Counted from the stretch's first letter, positions 1 to 9,179 are shown. The stretch is 64,000 nucleotides of DNA from Longicatena sp. (GCA_036639635.1 JAVWIF010000004.1:8646-72645), one strand, 5' to 3'. The notes: generated by a model not told the origin, from the letters alone. Made by a program: numbers and translations.

Positions 1-431
1 AAACGAACGTTAGGATCATCACTGTGTACTTTCATACTTGTATCGATATGAATCTTTGTAAAACCGGCTGCTACATAACAGCGAACTAGTTCACTTGCGT
101 TTTTCATTGCTTCTTCTTCATCTTGAGAAGCAAATGTTAAAGGTCCTAAATGATCTCCACCTAAGAATACACGACTTTCGTCTAACCCAATCTTTTTTGC
201 CTTTTCCATAACAAAGTTACGGAAATCAATTGGTTTCATTCCTGTATACCCACCGTTTTGATCTACTTGGTTTGCTGTAGCTTCAATTAATACACATGAA
301 TTATCGCGTTTAACACATTCTAAAGCAGCTTCAATAACGTAATCATTGGCACTACAACAAGAATAAATTCCTACTGGTTGGCCACTTTTTTGTTTCTTTA
401 CAATTTGTTTCAATGGATTTGTCTGAGTCAT
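1..431 (-). CDS. GatZ/KbaZ/AgaZ-family tagatose-bisphosphate aldolase accessory subunit (N-terminal 143 aa only; rest lies beyond window start)
   Basis: Own translation of minus strand from ATG at 431..429: MTQTNPLKQIVKKQKSGQPVGIYSCCSANDYVIEAALE..LIEATANQVDQNGGYTGMKPIDFRNFV..FLGGDHLGPL..AGFTKIHIDTSM. This matches remembered E. coli GatZ motifs (IEATSNQVNQFGGYTGM, GGDHLGP, GFSKIHLDASM). AGGAGG lies 7 nt upstream. Absent from the ORF track because it is open at the window edge. Confidence 0.85.
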   Translation of the reverse strand, partial: MTQTNPLKQIVKKQKSGQPVGIYSCCSANDYVIEAALECVKRDNSCVLIEATANQVDQNGGYTGMKPIDFRNFVMEKAKKIGLDESRVFLGGDHLGPLTFASQDEEEAMKNASELVRCYVAAGFTKIHIDTSMKVHSDDPNVR

Positions 432-645
432 ATAAAATCCTCCTTATGTATAATAAAATTATAGCACGTTAAATTATAAAGTAAACGCATTAACAAGTCC
501 TTGTTGTTTTGTGTAAAAGAATTACACAAAAATGCAAATAAAGGGAATGTCGTTTTGAATTTATTCAATGTTCATCATAGATGTGTTATACTTTTAGAAG
601 AAGAGGACTTGTTTTTATAGCGTCCTATATACAGTGAGGTACTCT

Positions 646-1944
646 ATGGAAAATAAACAAATCATACAACAGATGCTTGCGTTATTAAAACAATTAGATT
701 ATAAAGAAACCAGCAAAGATGAAAGTTTAATGAAAAATCTAGTGGAAATGAGTTGTGATCGTTATTGGCTTTATAATCCAATTACGAAAGTTATGCAAAT
801 TACCATTACCAATAATAAGGATAAGGAAAATGCAACACGAACACGTTTATTAACTGACTTACTCAAACATGTAAGTAGTGATGATCAAGCAAAAATTAAT
901 AAAGCTTTTTATAATCTAGAAAAGCAAAAAACCACAGAAGAAGACTTTGAATATTGTAGCGATAATGGAAACGTTGCTATTGCTTATGAAGTGGTTACGA
1001 GAAGTTTTATAGTAGATGATGAACTTAGGATAATAGGCATCACAAGAATTTTAGGTGAAGCGCAAAAAACAATTGATTATATTATTCAAGCACAAAAGAA
1101 ATTTGATTTGCTAATGGGATTATCTTCCATGTATATATGGGAGTATGATATTTTAAATAAACAATTTTGTGCAAACGAAAGTTTAAGTAATAAACTTGGC
1201 ATAGAAGAACGTGTATATTCACTAAAAGAATTATTAGAACATATTAAAATACAAGAATTAGCGTTATTTAAGGAACAAATACAAAAACAAAAACCGATGG
1301 ATAATAGCGTGTTACATATTAATATTTTGAAGAACAGTTACGAATCTATTTTCGAAACAAATTATCGACCTATTTTAAATAAACATGGTGATTATGTTAT
1401 GTTACTTGGAACACTGAATGATATAACAGAAAAAGAATTATTAAAGACTATGGCTTCTAAAGACAAGCTTACTGGTTGTTATAATAGGAGTATGGCGGAT
1501 GTTAAACTTGAATCTACGTTTACAAGTTTTAAAGAAAACGATGATTTCTATACGGTTATCTTTTTTGATATAGATAAGTTTAAACAGATTAATGATCGTT
1601 ATGGGCATGATGCAGGAGATTTTGCACTTTGTGAAATATGTAAGGAGTTAACTAAAGAAATACGTAGCAATGATATGATGTTTCGTTGGGGCGGAGATGA
1701 GTTCTTATTAATTTGTAGTGGCATAGTAAAAGCCAATATGTATGGTTATGTAGATCGCTTACGTAAAATAATTGAATATAAAACATTCGAATATAATGGC
1801 AATAAGTTAAACTTTACGATTTCGATTGGAGCTGCGTCTTATTATCATAGTGATACAAGTGCACAAGATGCAATGAAACGTGCGGATCGTAGCTTATATA
1901 AAGCAAAAATAGCTGGTCGTAATAAAGTTTGTATCTTAAAGTAA
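646..1944 (+). CDS. GGDEF-domain diguanylate cyclase with N-terminal PAS-like sensory region
   Basis: C-terminal RWGGDEFLL active-site motif. RSND (RxxD I-site) sits exactly 5 residues upstream of GGDEF. DIDKFKQINDRYGHDAGD is typical of the family. ATG 646 preferred over GTG 634 (GAGG 6 nt upstream). Confidence 0.85.
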   Translation: MENKQIIQQMLALLKQLDYKETSKDESLMKNLVEMSCDRYWLYNPITKVMQITITNNKDKENATRTRLLTDLLKHVSSDDQAKINKAFYNLEKQKTTEEDFEYCSDNGNVAIAYEVVTRSFIVDDELRIIGITRILGEAQKTIDYIIQAQKKFDLLMGLSSMYIWEYDILNKQFCANESLSNKLGIEERVYSLKELLEHIKIQELALFKEQIQKQKPMDNSVLHINILKNSYESIFETNYRPILNKHGDYVMLLGTLNDITEKELLKTMASKDKLTGCYNRSMADVKLESTFTSFKENDDFYTVIFFDIDKFKQINDRYGHDAGDFALCEICKELTKEIRSNDMMFRWGGDEFLLICSGIVKANMYGYVDRLRKIIEYKTFEYNGNKLNFTISIGAASYYHSDTSAQDAMKRADRSLYKAKIAGRNKVCILK

Positions 1945-1975
1945 AAAAAGTGCATTTGATTTATATGCACTTTTT
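1945..1975. terminator. Bidirectional rho-independent terminator between the GGDEF gene and the convergent pseudouridine synthase gene
   Basis: AAAAAGTGCAT-ttgatttat-ATGCACTTTTT perfect 11-bp stem flanked by A and T runs. Confidence 0.75.
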
Positions 1976-2839
1976 CATATCTGGTGGTAAGGGACAATCA
2001 ATTTGTAATGTTTTTTGTAAGAGTGGGTGAAATAAAATGACACGATAGGCATGCAATGCTAAACGAGGTATGTGAAAGCTTTTCTTACCATATAAAGAAT
2101 CACTTAATAAAGGATGATGAATACTTGCTAAATGAACACGGATTTGATGGGTTCTACCAGTATGCAAATGGCATTCAATAAAGGTATAGGAAGAAAATCG
2201 TTGTTTCACATAAACACTTGTACTAGCATTTTTTCCAGTAGAGGAAATTCTCATTTTTTGCGAATGATGTCGATCTTTGCCAATTGCCCCGGTAATCTCA
2301 ATCTTATTTTCTTTTATAACACCTTCACATAAAGCATAATATTGACGTTCTATTTTTTTCTCTTCTAGCATTGCATCAAGTAGCGGTTGAAAGAAAGTTA
2401 ACTTGCAAAATATTACGAGACCTGTAGTGTCATAATCTAAACGATGAATGGGACGAACAAGACAAGTTTGTTTAGTTTCTTGATAATAGGCTTTTACTAA
2501 ATTTGATAAATTTGCTTCCTTATTAATCCCATCACTATGAACAATCATGTTATTAGGCTTATCTACAATCAGAAATAAATCATCTTCATAGACCACGGTT
2601 AAAGGCTTGTGAATGGGAATTACTTGATCACTTTCTTCACGAAAAAAAATAGTTAAAATATCAGTCTTTTTTAATAGCATATTTTGCTTAATTGTTGTAT
2701 TATTAATCTGTAAAAGACCTTGTTGATAATATGCGTATTTTGTTTTCTTACCAATATGAAAACGTGCAAATAATGCATCAGTAGATGCCTCATTTATATC
2801 GCTAAAACAACAAGTCTTGTTCTTCATTTGTATGTTCAT
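1961..2839 (-). CDS. RluA-family pseudouridine synthase
   Basis: HRLDYDTTGLVIF catalytic-Asp motif and GRTHQIRVHL motif. Start moved to ATG at 2839 (GAGGTG 4 nt upstream) rather than track start 2866. Confidence 0.85.
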   Translation of the reverse strand: MNIQMKNKTCCFSDINEASTDALFARFHIGKKTKYAYYQQGLLQINNTTIKQNMLLKKTDILTIFFREESDQVIPIHKPLTVVYEDDLFLIVDKPNNMIVHSDGINKEANLSNLVKAYYQETKQTCLVRPIHRLDYDTTGLVIFCKLTFFQPLLDAMLEEKKIERQYYALCEGVIKENKIEITGAIGKDRHHSQKMRISSTGKNASTSVYVKQRFSSYTFIECHLHTGRTHQIRVHLASIHHPLLSDSLYGKKSFHIPRLALHAYRVILFHPLLQKTLQIDCPLPPDMKKCI

Positions 2840-2982
2840 ATAACACCTCATGTATTGGTTGAGCATTTGAATATCTTTTTTAGATAGGGTAATGCTATAC
2901 TAGAGTTACCAAAAAACTATATTTGGTAGTTCATAAGTAGTAACTACTATGAAGAATAACATAAAACTAGGAGGAATTAAAC

Positions 2983-3363
2983 ATGAAATTTTTGAAATGT
3001 GCGCTTTGCGGTAACGTGATTGAAGTTGTTGAAGACAAAGGTGGTCCATTGATGTGTTGTGGACAACCAATGAATGAATTAAAAGCAAATACAACAGATG
3101 GAGCTTTAGAAAAACATGTTCCAGCTGCGCAAATTATCGATGGAAACTTACATGTACAAGTAGGTTCTGTAGAGCATCCTATGTTACCAGAACACTACAT
3201 TACATTTGTAGCAGTAGAAGCTGGTGATACAATTTATCGTAAAGCTTTAAAACCAGGAGAAAAACCAGAAGCAACATTTGCATTAAATGGATACAAAGGA
3301 AAAGTAGTTGTTTATGAATTATGTAATATTCATGGACTTTGGAAAACAGAACTAGAAGCTTAA
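2983..3363 (+). CDS. dfx: Desulfoferrodoxin (class I superoxide reductase)
   Basis: N-terminal desulforedoxin CxxC..CC motif (KCALCGN...MCCGQPM) followed by the SOR domain (EKHVP, HPM). 126 aa, typical size. AGGAGG upstream. Confidence 0.85.
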   Translation: MKFLKCALCGNVIEVVEDKGGPLMCCGQPMNELKANTTDGALEKHVPAAQIIDGNLHVQVGSVEHPMLPEHYITFVAVEAGDTIYRKALKPGEKPEATFALNGYKGKVVVYELCNIHGLWKTELEA

Positions 3364-3380
3364 ATAAAAAACACTTAATG

Positions 3381-3409
3381 AAAATGCACTCCTTGATGGG
3401 GTGCATTTT
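3381..3409. terminator. Bidirectional terminator
   Basis: AAAATGCAC-loop-GTGCATTTT between convergent dfx and the oxidoreductase gene. Confidence 0.7.
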
Positions 3410-3416
3410 CATTAAG

Positions 3417-4271
3417 TTAATCTATATGATAATAATGTAATAATGCTTGTGTACCTAAGTTTTCTTCTCCTTGACTCGCTAGCTCTTCATACATCTGACA
3501 AACACTATCTAACATAGTTAGGTGAAGAGGGGTGTTTTTCATTTCGTCTTGTACGATATGCATATCTTTAATAATATGCTTGATATAAAACCCTGGTGCA
3601 TAATCTTTTTTCAAAATACGAGGAGCACTATTTTGAATTTGCCAACTGCTTGCAGCTCCCCCTTGTATTGCTTGAATCATTTTTTGTGGGTCTAATTCAT
3701 GTGTTTTGGCATAGACAATGGCTTCACTAAGTGCAGCGATGGCTCCTGCTACTGCAATTTGATTGCAAGCTTTTGTATGTTGGCCATTACCAGCTTCTCC
3801 CATATAATTAAGGCTAGTACCAAGAAGAGATAGTAAAGGGATACATTTGGTATAGACATCCAAATCACCACCACACATAAGCGTTAGTGTAGCATTTTTA
3901 GCTCCACTATCTCCACCTGAAACCGGACAATCTAACATATCCATTTCATATTTTTTAGCTTCTAAATATAAATGTTTAGCAAGCGTTGGTGAAGAAGTAG
4001 TCATATCAATTAATACTGTTCCTTTTTTAGCAAACTTAAAGACTTCTTCATAAACTTCCTTTACATCTTTTGGATATCCAACAATACTAAATACAACATC
4101 ACATTCTTTTACACACGCTTCAATAGAGTTTTTAACGTGTATGTGAGTATCTTCTAAATCCTTTGCTTTATCAATACTGCGATTAAATACATAAATACTA
4201 TGCTCACCCGTATTTAAATGCTGTACCATGGCTTTCCCCATAACACCACAACCAATCCATGCTAATTTCAT
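3417..4271 (-). CDS. NAD(P)-dependent oxidoreductase, 3-hydroxyisobutyrate/6-phosphogluconate dehydrogenase-like (HIBADH/GarR family)
   Basis: N-terminal Rossmann WIGCGVMGKAM, 284 aa, C-terminal all-helical domain typical of the family. Confidence 0.8.
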   Translation of the reverse strand: MKLAWIGCGVMGKAMVQHLNTGEHSIYVFNRSIDKAKDLEDTHIHVKNSIEACVKECDVVFSIVGYPKDVKEVYEEVFKFAKKGTVLIDMTTSSPTLAKHLYLEAKKYEMDMLDCPVSGGDSGAKNATLTLMCGGDLDVYTKCIPLLSLLGTSLNYMGEAGNGQHTKACNQIAVAGAIAALSEAIVYAKTHELDPQKMIQAIQGGAASSWQIQNSAPRILKKDYAPGFYIKHIIKDMHIVQDEMKNTPLHLTMLDSVCQMYEELASQGEENLGTQALLHYYHID

Positions 4272-4294
4272 AACATCACGCTCCTATGCTTTTA

Positions 4295-5182
4295 TTATAG
4301 CAGAAAACAGCCATATATTAGCGCAGAAAGTACACTTTGTAATAATCGATATCGTAAATAGGTTGGATAAGAAAAAGGTAAGTGTTCTAACAATGAATAT
4401 ACTTGAAGATGCACACAAAAACCACCAAAGCTTAAGACCATACAAGTTAATAGTTGTAGCGTTATGGAAGATAATGAAAGGGTGTTTAATAACATGATGC
4501 CACTACTAAATTCGCTAAGAATGCGGAGTGTATAAGAAAGAGATATGGGAAGAAAAGAAAAAAGTAAATTTGCACAACACATAAAAAATAATAAGTATCC
4601 ACCAATCATATACAATATTTTTCCGCTTTCCATAATGGAGGATGATAAGTCCTTACTTATTGAAGATATGACAAAACTTTTTTTATGATGCGTAACAATA
4701 CATGTTTTTCTAGTGAAAAACAATAAGCAAAGACCACTTGTTACTTGCGCTAGAAACAATAAGAAACCAATACGTACACTTTGGAATAAAACAACACCAC
4801 AAGATAATATGATAAAACTAGGAGTCGCAAAGCTACATGTATATAATAAACGTTGGGCTTCTTTTTTGGTTAATTCTTTGTTAGCATAGCATTCATCAAG
4901 AAAACAAGCCCCACTAGGAAAACCTAAAAATAAGGTACATAAGACCATACAGAAACTGTCCTTATCCATATGGAAAATCGACTTGACAAAAGGGATAGGA
5001 AGTTTTTGTAAAATTTCTTGTTTATAGAGTATGCGAACTAATACCATTGATACAAATAACGAGGGCACTAGTTTTTCAAACCATATGTGTAAAGCATCTT
5101 GGGTTGTTTGGACACTAATAGCCCCATTGCACAATGTTAAAGCAAATAGAATGATTAAACAAAGCTGAACACAACGTTTCAT
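4295..5182 (-). CDS. Polytopic membrane protein, YlbJ-like / nucleoside-recognition (Gate) domain candidate
   Basis: About 8 hydrophobic segments. The N-terminal ..IWFEKLVPSLFVSMVL.. resembles remembered YlbJ-type proteins. SD GGGTGAG upstream. The CDS looks solid; the family call is weak. Confidence 0.5.
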   Translation of the reverse strand: MKRCVQLCLIILFALTLCNGAISVQTTQDALHIWFEKLVPSLFVSMVLVRILYKQEILQKLPIPFVKSIFHMDKDSFCMVLCTLFLGFPSGACFLDECYANKELTKKEAQRLLYTCSFATPSFIILSCGVVLFQSVRIGFLLFLAQVTSGLCLLFFTRKTCIVTHHKKSFVISSISKDLSSSIMESGKILYMIGGYLLFFMCCANLLFSFLPISLSYTLRILSEFSSGIMLLNTLSLSSITLQLLTCMVLSFGGFCVHLQVYSLLEHLPFSYPTYLRYRLLQSVLSALIYGCFLL

Positions 5183-5287
5183 ATTTTCTCACCCATATAG
5201 TTTATGAAACGAGAAAATTAATGATGTTAAACTTCACGAAAATATAAAACTATGGTACACTATTCAAATCGAATGTAGGTGATTGAA

Positions 5288-6484
5288 ATGATGACATTAT
5301 TAGTAAAAAAGTTTATCAAACATTATGATCAAATTGAGAATGAAGAAGTACGTCATGCATATGGAAATTTAACTAGTTTAGTGGGTGTACTTAATAATAT
5401 AATATTATTTGTTATTAAATTTTTAGCAGGAACTTTGTCACATAGCGTTTCTATTACTGCAGATGCAGTAAACAACTTATCAGATGCAGGAAGTTCTATT
5501 ATTTCTTTGATAAGTTTTAAACTATCTAGTAAGCCAGCAGATGAAGAACATCCTTTTGGGCATGCCAGATATGAATGTATTGCCTCTATGGTGGTAGCTT
5601 GTTTGATCCTTTTTTTAGGTTTGGAATTAGTAAAAACTAGTTTTTTAAAGATACTACATCCAGAAGATATTTCATTTAGTTGGTTAAGTGTCGCAATTCT
5701 TATCGTATCTATCAGTATCAAAATTTGGATGTATCGATATAATAAAAAATATGCAAAACTATTAAAGTCGACGATTATGGATGCTACAGCAGCGGATTCT
5801 ATTAGTGATGTGATGGGAACAAGTGGAGTTTTACTATCAACGGTTTTATCTCCTATATTACATTTTAATTTAGATGGCTATATGGGGGTTATTGTTGCTT
5901 GTTTTATTTTAATGACAGGAGCTAGTGTAATAAAGAATGCATTAAATGAACTTTTAGGAAAAGCACCAGATGCAACTTTAGTAAAAGCAATTCAAGAAAA
6001 GATAGCAAGTTATGCCGGTGTTTTAGGAATCCATGATCTAATGATTCATGATTATGGGGCACATCGTACATTTGCAAGTGTTCATGTAGAAGTAGATTGT
6101 AAAGTCGATGTTTTAATCTCTCATGATATGATTGACAATATCGAACGTGATTTTAAAGAAAATATGGATTTAGAAATGGTGATTCATATGGATCCAATTG
6201 ATACAAAAGACCCACTAACAAATGAACTTAGAAGCTATATGAAAAAAGCCGTTAAAGAAATTAATGAAGATTTAACACTTCATGATTTTCGTGTAGTACC
6301 CGGTGAGACACATACCAATATGATATTTGATGTAGTAGTTCCTTTCCATATCAAATTAAATAATCAACAACTCATAGATATGTTGGAAGAAAAAATTAAA
6401 GAAAGAAAAGAAGATACGTATTATCTAGTAGTTACCTTTGATCGTGCGTATACTTCTGAATCAAAAGAAGAACACGATGAATAA
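5288..6484 (+). CDS. Cation diffusion facilitator (CDF) family metal efflux transporter
   Basis: Six TM segments. TM2 motif ADAVNNLSD and TM5 ADSISD metal-site motifs; C-terminal cytoplasmic domain (HDLMIHDYG..HVEV). ATG 5288 preferred (AGGTGA 5 nt upstream). Confidence 0.85.
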   Translation: MMTLLVKKFIKHYDQIENEEVRHAYGNLTSLVGVLNNIILFVIKFLAGTLSHSVSITADAVNNLSDAGSSIISLISFKLSSKPADEEHPFGHARYECIASMVVACLILFLGLELVKTSFLKILHPEDISFSWLSVAILIVSISIKIWMYRYNKKYAKLLKSTIMDATAADSISDVMGTSGVLLSTVLSPILHFNLDGYMGVIVACFILMTGASVIKNALNELLGKAPDATLVKAIQEKIASYAGVLGIHDLMIHDYGAHRTFASVHVEVDCKVDVLISHDMIDNIERDFKENMDLEMVIHMDPIDTKDPLTNELRSYMKKAVKEINEDLTLHDFRVVPGETHTNMIFDVVVPFHIKLNNQQLIDMLEEKIKERKEDTYYLVVTFDRAYTSESKEEHDE

Positions 6485-6501
6485 AAAATTGTATGTTTAC
6501 T

Positions 6502-6536
6502 AAAGACAGCTTAATTCTAGTTGTCTTTATTTTTTA
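6502..6536 (+). terminator. Terminator of the CDF gene
   Basis: AAAGACA-loop-TGTCTTT followed by a T-rich run. Confidence 0.6.
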
Positions 6537-6539
6537 TCT

Positions 6540-6578
6540 AAAAAAAGTCAACCAAGAATATAAATTCTTAAGTTGACT
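6540..6578 (-). terminator. Terminator of pgeF
   Basis: AGTCAAC-loop-GTTGACT with a U-run on the minus strand (A-run 6541..6546). Confidence 0.6.
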
Positions 6579-6596
6579 ATGTTATTGAGATGTTAG

Positions 6597-7358
6597 TTAC
6601 TTCATCATAATAAAGCTTAGATGTCTTCCACAATTGTGATCTCTACGATAAGAAAAAAAGGCGTCATTGTCTAAAAAGGTATCATTACGATTATATGTAA
6701 TGTTTTCGTAAGGAACATGGGCATTCAACAACATTTGACGATTTAATCCTTTGTTATTAACAAGTGCTTTTCCATCTTTTCTATACGTAATAAAAGAAGA
6801 GGTATCAAAACTCATGTTTTGTACTTTTTCAATTACATCTTGTCCTACTTCAAAGCTATGATAAGAAATAGCAGGACCAATATAAGCGAGTAAGTTTTCA
6901 GGCTTTACATGTTCATTTTCTATTAGATAAGATACTACTTTAGCTGTAATTTCTTTTATCGTTCCTTGCCAACCACTATGAATGGCACAAATAAGTTGTG
7001 TAAAGGGATCATATAATAAAATCGGTACACAATCAGCGTGAAAGACACCCAAAGCAACGCCTTTATCTTTTGTATACAAGGCATCACAATCGGCAATGCC
7101 ATCACTATGAAGAAGTGTTCCTCTGCCTTGCTCATCTTTTCCAACTTTTATCAGATGATCACTATGCGTTTGTTGTGCAAACACCCATTGAGATAAGGAA
7201 ATCGATAAGTCTTTACTAAGCACTTTTCGATTTTCAATAATTGCTTCTAAATCTCCGTGTGTATGAAGGGCTAAATTTCCGTTTTCTTTAAGTTCTGAAT
7301 TACGCAGCGTCGTTCCAGCAATTATGTTATCACTATTCATCCATTGAATATAGTTCAT
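6597..7358 (-). CDS. pgeF: Peptidoglycan editing factor PgeF (YfiH/DUF152, polyphenol-oxidase-like)
   Basis: QTHSD.., DALYT.., GVFHADCVPILLYDP, IHSGWQGT motifs. 253 aa. Confidence 0.85.
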   Translation of the reverse strand: MNYIQWMNSDNIIAGTTLRNSELKENGNLALHTHGDLEAIIENRKVLSKDLSISLSQWVFAQQTHSDHLIKVGKDEQGRGTLLHSDGIADCDALYTKDKGVALGVFHADCVPILLYDPFTQLICAIHSGWQGTIKEITAKVVSYLIENEHVKPENLLAYIGPAISYHSFEVGQDVIEKVQNMSFDTSSFITYRKDGKALVNNKGLNRQMLLNAHVPYENITYNRNDTFLDNDAFFSYRRDHNCGRHLSFIMMK

Positions 7359-7373
7359 ATAATATCCTTTCTT

Positions 7374-7512
7374 TATCTATCTTCAGTATAGATGAGAGAT
7401 AGATAATTATGCATGTTATCTTCAAGTAGTATATAGCAAAGTCTTAGGACTTGCAAATAGGGATATAAAAAATACTAGAAAAATATATTTGAGTTTTAGC
7501 ACTAAAGTGTTG
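7374..7512. repeat. Direct repeat copy A (truncated copy of the hrcA upstream region, ends inside the CIRCE operator)
   Basis: Manual alignment to 9042..9179 gives 4 substitutions plus one 1-nt indel over about 139 bp. It ends at ..TTAGCACTAAAGTGTTG and then diverges. Confidence 0.9.
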
Positions 7513-8221
7513 TTATGACGTGAGTTTTGTTCAACAGCATAGGGTGTCATATGGACATATTTATAAGGCTTTTGATATACAAAGATATATCCTTGTTCAT
7601 CACAAATTGTCTGTTTATAAAAAAAGGTGTCAATTATTAGTATTAAATAAGTGCTTGTTAGGACAAGATACAAAATGAAAATGTAGTGGGTGAATATCTG
7701 TCTTTTTATATTGTCACAATATCTTTTCTGGCACCGTAACAATATCAAAATACAAAAGAAAATTCAATATATAATAAGGTTAATTTAACAAAGTTTCGTT
7801 TGTTGGAGAATTTAATTTTTCACTCTACGTATATAACCAGCTCACTAGCTGAATTAGGATAAACGCATGAATAAAAATATTACTTTAAACATGGATTAAA
7901 ACTAAATGAAGCAATTCTATGCATAGCTGATTTGAATCGACTTTCTTCTAGCTTAATTAGGATAAACGCGTGAACAAAATTGTTATTATAAACACGAAAT
8001 GAAATCAAGCAAAACAAATATAAGGTTAGCTGAAAGGAAAGTTCATTATAAAATAGAAGGGATAATGTATTTTAATAATTTGTAATACATTTCTAGATGT
8101 AATTTATTTTGTCAATCTTATTTATATCTAATTTAATGCGTATATCTCGCTGACTTAATGGAAGCGCTCGCATTTTTACAAAAAAGATGGTATATTGAAA
8201 TCGGAAGGGGGATGATTTATC

Positions 8222-8347
8222 ATGGTTACTTATATTTTTATGATTATCATCGTATTATGTGCTTTAGATATTGTTTTTTATCTAAAAAAAATAAATACTT
8301 TGCTAAATGAACAATTTACTAAAAAAGAAACGACTAAAGATAAATAA
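8222..8347 (+). CDS. 41-aa single-TM peptide (type I toxin-like architecture), hypothetical
   Basis: Own translation: MVTYIFMIIIVLCALDIVFYLKKINTLLNEQFTKKETTKDK. SD GGAAGGGGGA at 8203..8212, 9 nt from the ATG. Extended -10 TGgTATATT at 8188..8196. Not in the ORF track (too short). Confidence 0.35.
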   Translation: MVTYIFMIIIVLCALDIVFYLKKINTLLNEQFTKKETTKDK

Positions 8348-8362
8348 AAATGAGAAAAAAAT

Positions 8363-8912
8363 ATGGGAAAAATGAAGTGTTTTATGGGGATAGTTGTATG
8401 TAGCTTGTTGGTTTGTATATTTCCTGTTAATGTAAGTGCTCAACAAGGCGCTGAACCAAAACAAAACGATTCGCGCGAATCAATAATCGTATTTTTTAAT
8501 TTGAATGATTCAAAAGAGCAATCAATTACAGTTTATGATGAACGCGGAGAAGCCTTCGATATAAAAATGTTACCTAATTTAGAAAAAGAGTATATTCCAT
8601 TGGGGGAGTTTTAGCAGAAGGTTTGAAGCAACTGGATTTTCTACTACAATGTCTGCAAAATTAATAGGGACAACAAATCCTTATGTATCGACAATTTCAT
8701 CAGTAAGCGATGGCTTGTTTAATGCAACAATCTTAACGTGGCTTAAGGATAGCTATTTTATAGAAAACAGTAGTACTACTTCAAATTCATCACCAGCTTC
8801 AGCAAGATATACAGCGACTTTTACTTCGTATATTGGAAATACAGCAACTAGATCATTACGATTTTCATTGTATTTAAATGGTTATATTGAAGTATCTGTA
8901 ACATATGCTTAA
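8363..8912 (+). pseudogene. Secreted protein of unknown function, split by a frameshift at a G5 tract (8602..8606)
   Basis: ORF 8363..8614 carries a signal peptide (..CIFPVNVSAQQ). The frame of ORF 8649..8912 is open back to 8583. Removing one G from TGGGGGA fuses them into about 180 aa (..EYIPLGSFSRRFEATGFSTTMSAKLIG..). Confidence 0.55.
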
Positions 8913-9041
8913 TGCTATTGTTAATTAATCTTTAACTATGTAGTTTAAAATTAGAAACAGTAAATTGTATTTATAGTTTGCTGTTTTTATTTATCTAAAA
9001 TTGTGTATATAAGTTAGCGTCCTCCCTTTTTTTTCTTACAA

Positions 9042-9179
9042 TATCTATCTTCAGTTTAGATGAGAGATAGATAATTATGCATGTTATCTTCAAGTAGTAT
9101 ATAGCAAAGTCTTAGGACTTGCAAATACGGATATAAAAAACACTAGAAAATATATTTAAGTTTTAGCACTAAAGTGTTG
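9042..9179. repeat. Direct repeat copy B (continues into the intact hrcA promoter/CIRCE)
   Basis: See copy A. Here the sequence continues ..GTGTTGACAGTGCTAA, completing the CIRCE inverted repeat. Confidence 0.9.

Larger units (their letters stand above)
7513..9041. other. Inserted AT-rich segment between the two direct repeat copies (no recombinase gene)
   Basis: Bounded by the 139-bp direct repeats. Contains only a 41-codon TM-peptide ORF, a frameshifted secreted-protein gene, an imperfect tandem repeat and a terminator-like hairpin near 8955..8995. Confidence 0.6.

Noticed and set aside
7422-7748. 108-aa minus-strand ORF overlapping repeat copy A.
   Set aside because: It has a TTG start and no SD. 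Its C-terminal third is read from the duplicated hrcA/pgeF promoter DNA. It may contain a relic but cannot be supported as a gene.
7374-9179. Interpreting the 139-bp flanking repeats as IS or transposon ends.
   Set aside because: The repeats are direct rather than inverted. They consist of host promoter sequence, and no transposase or integrase ORF lies between them.
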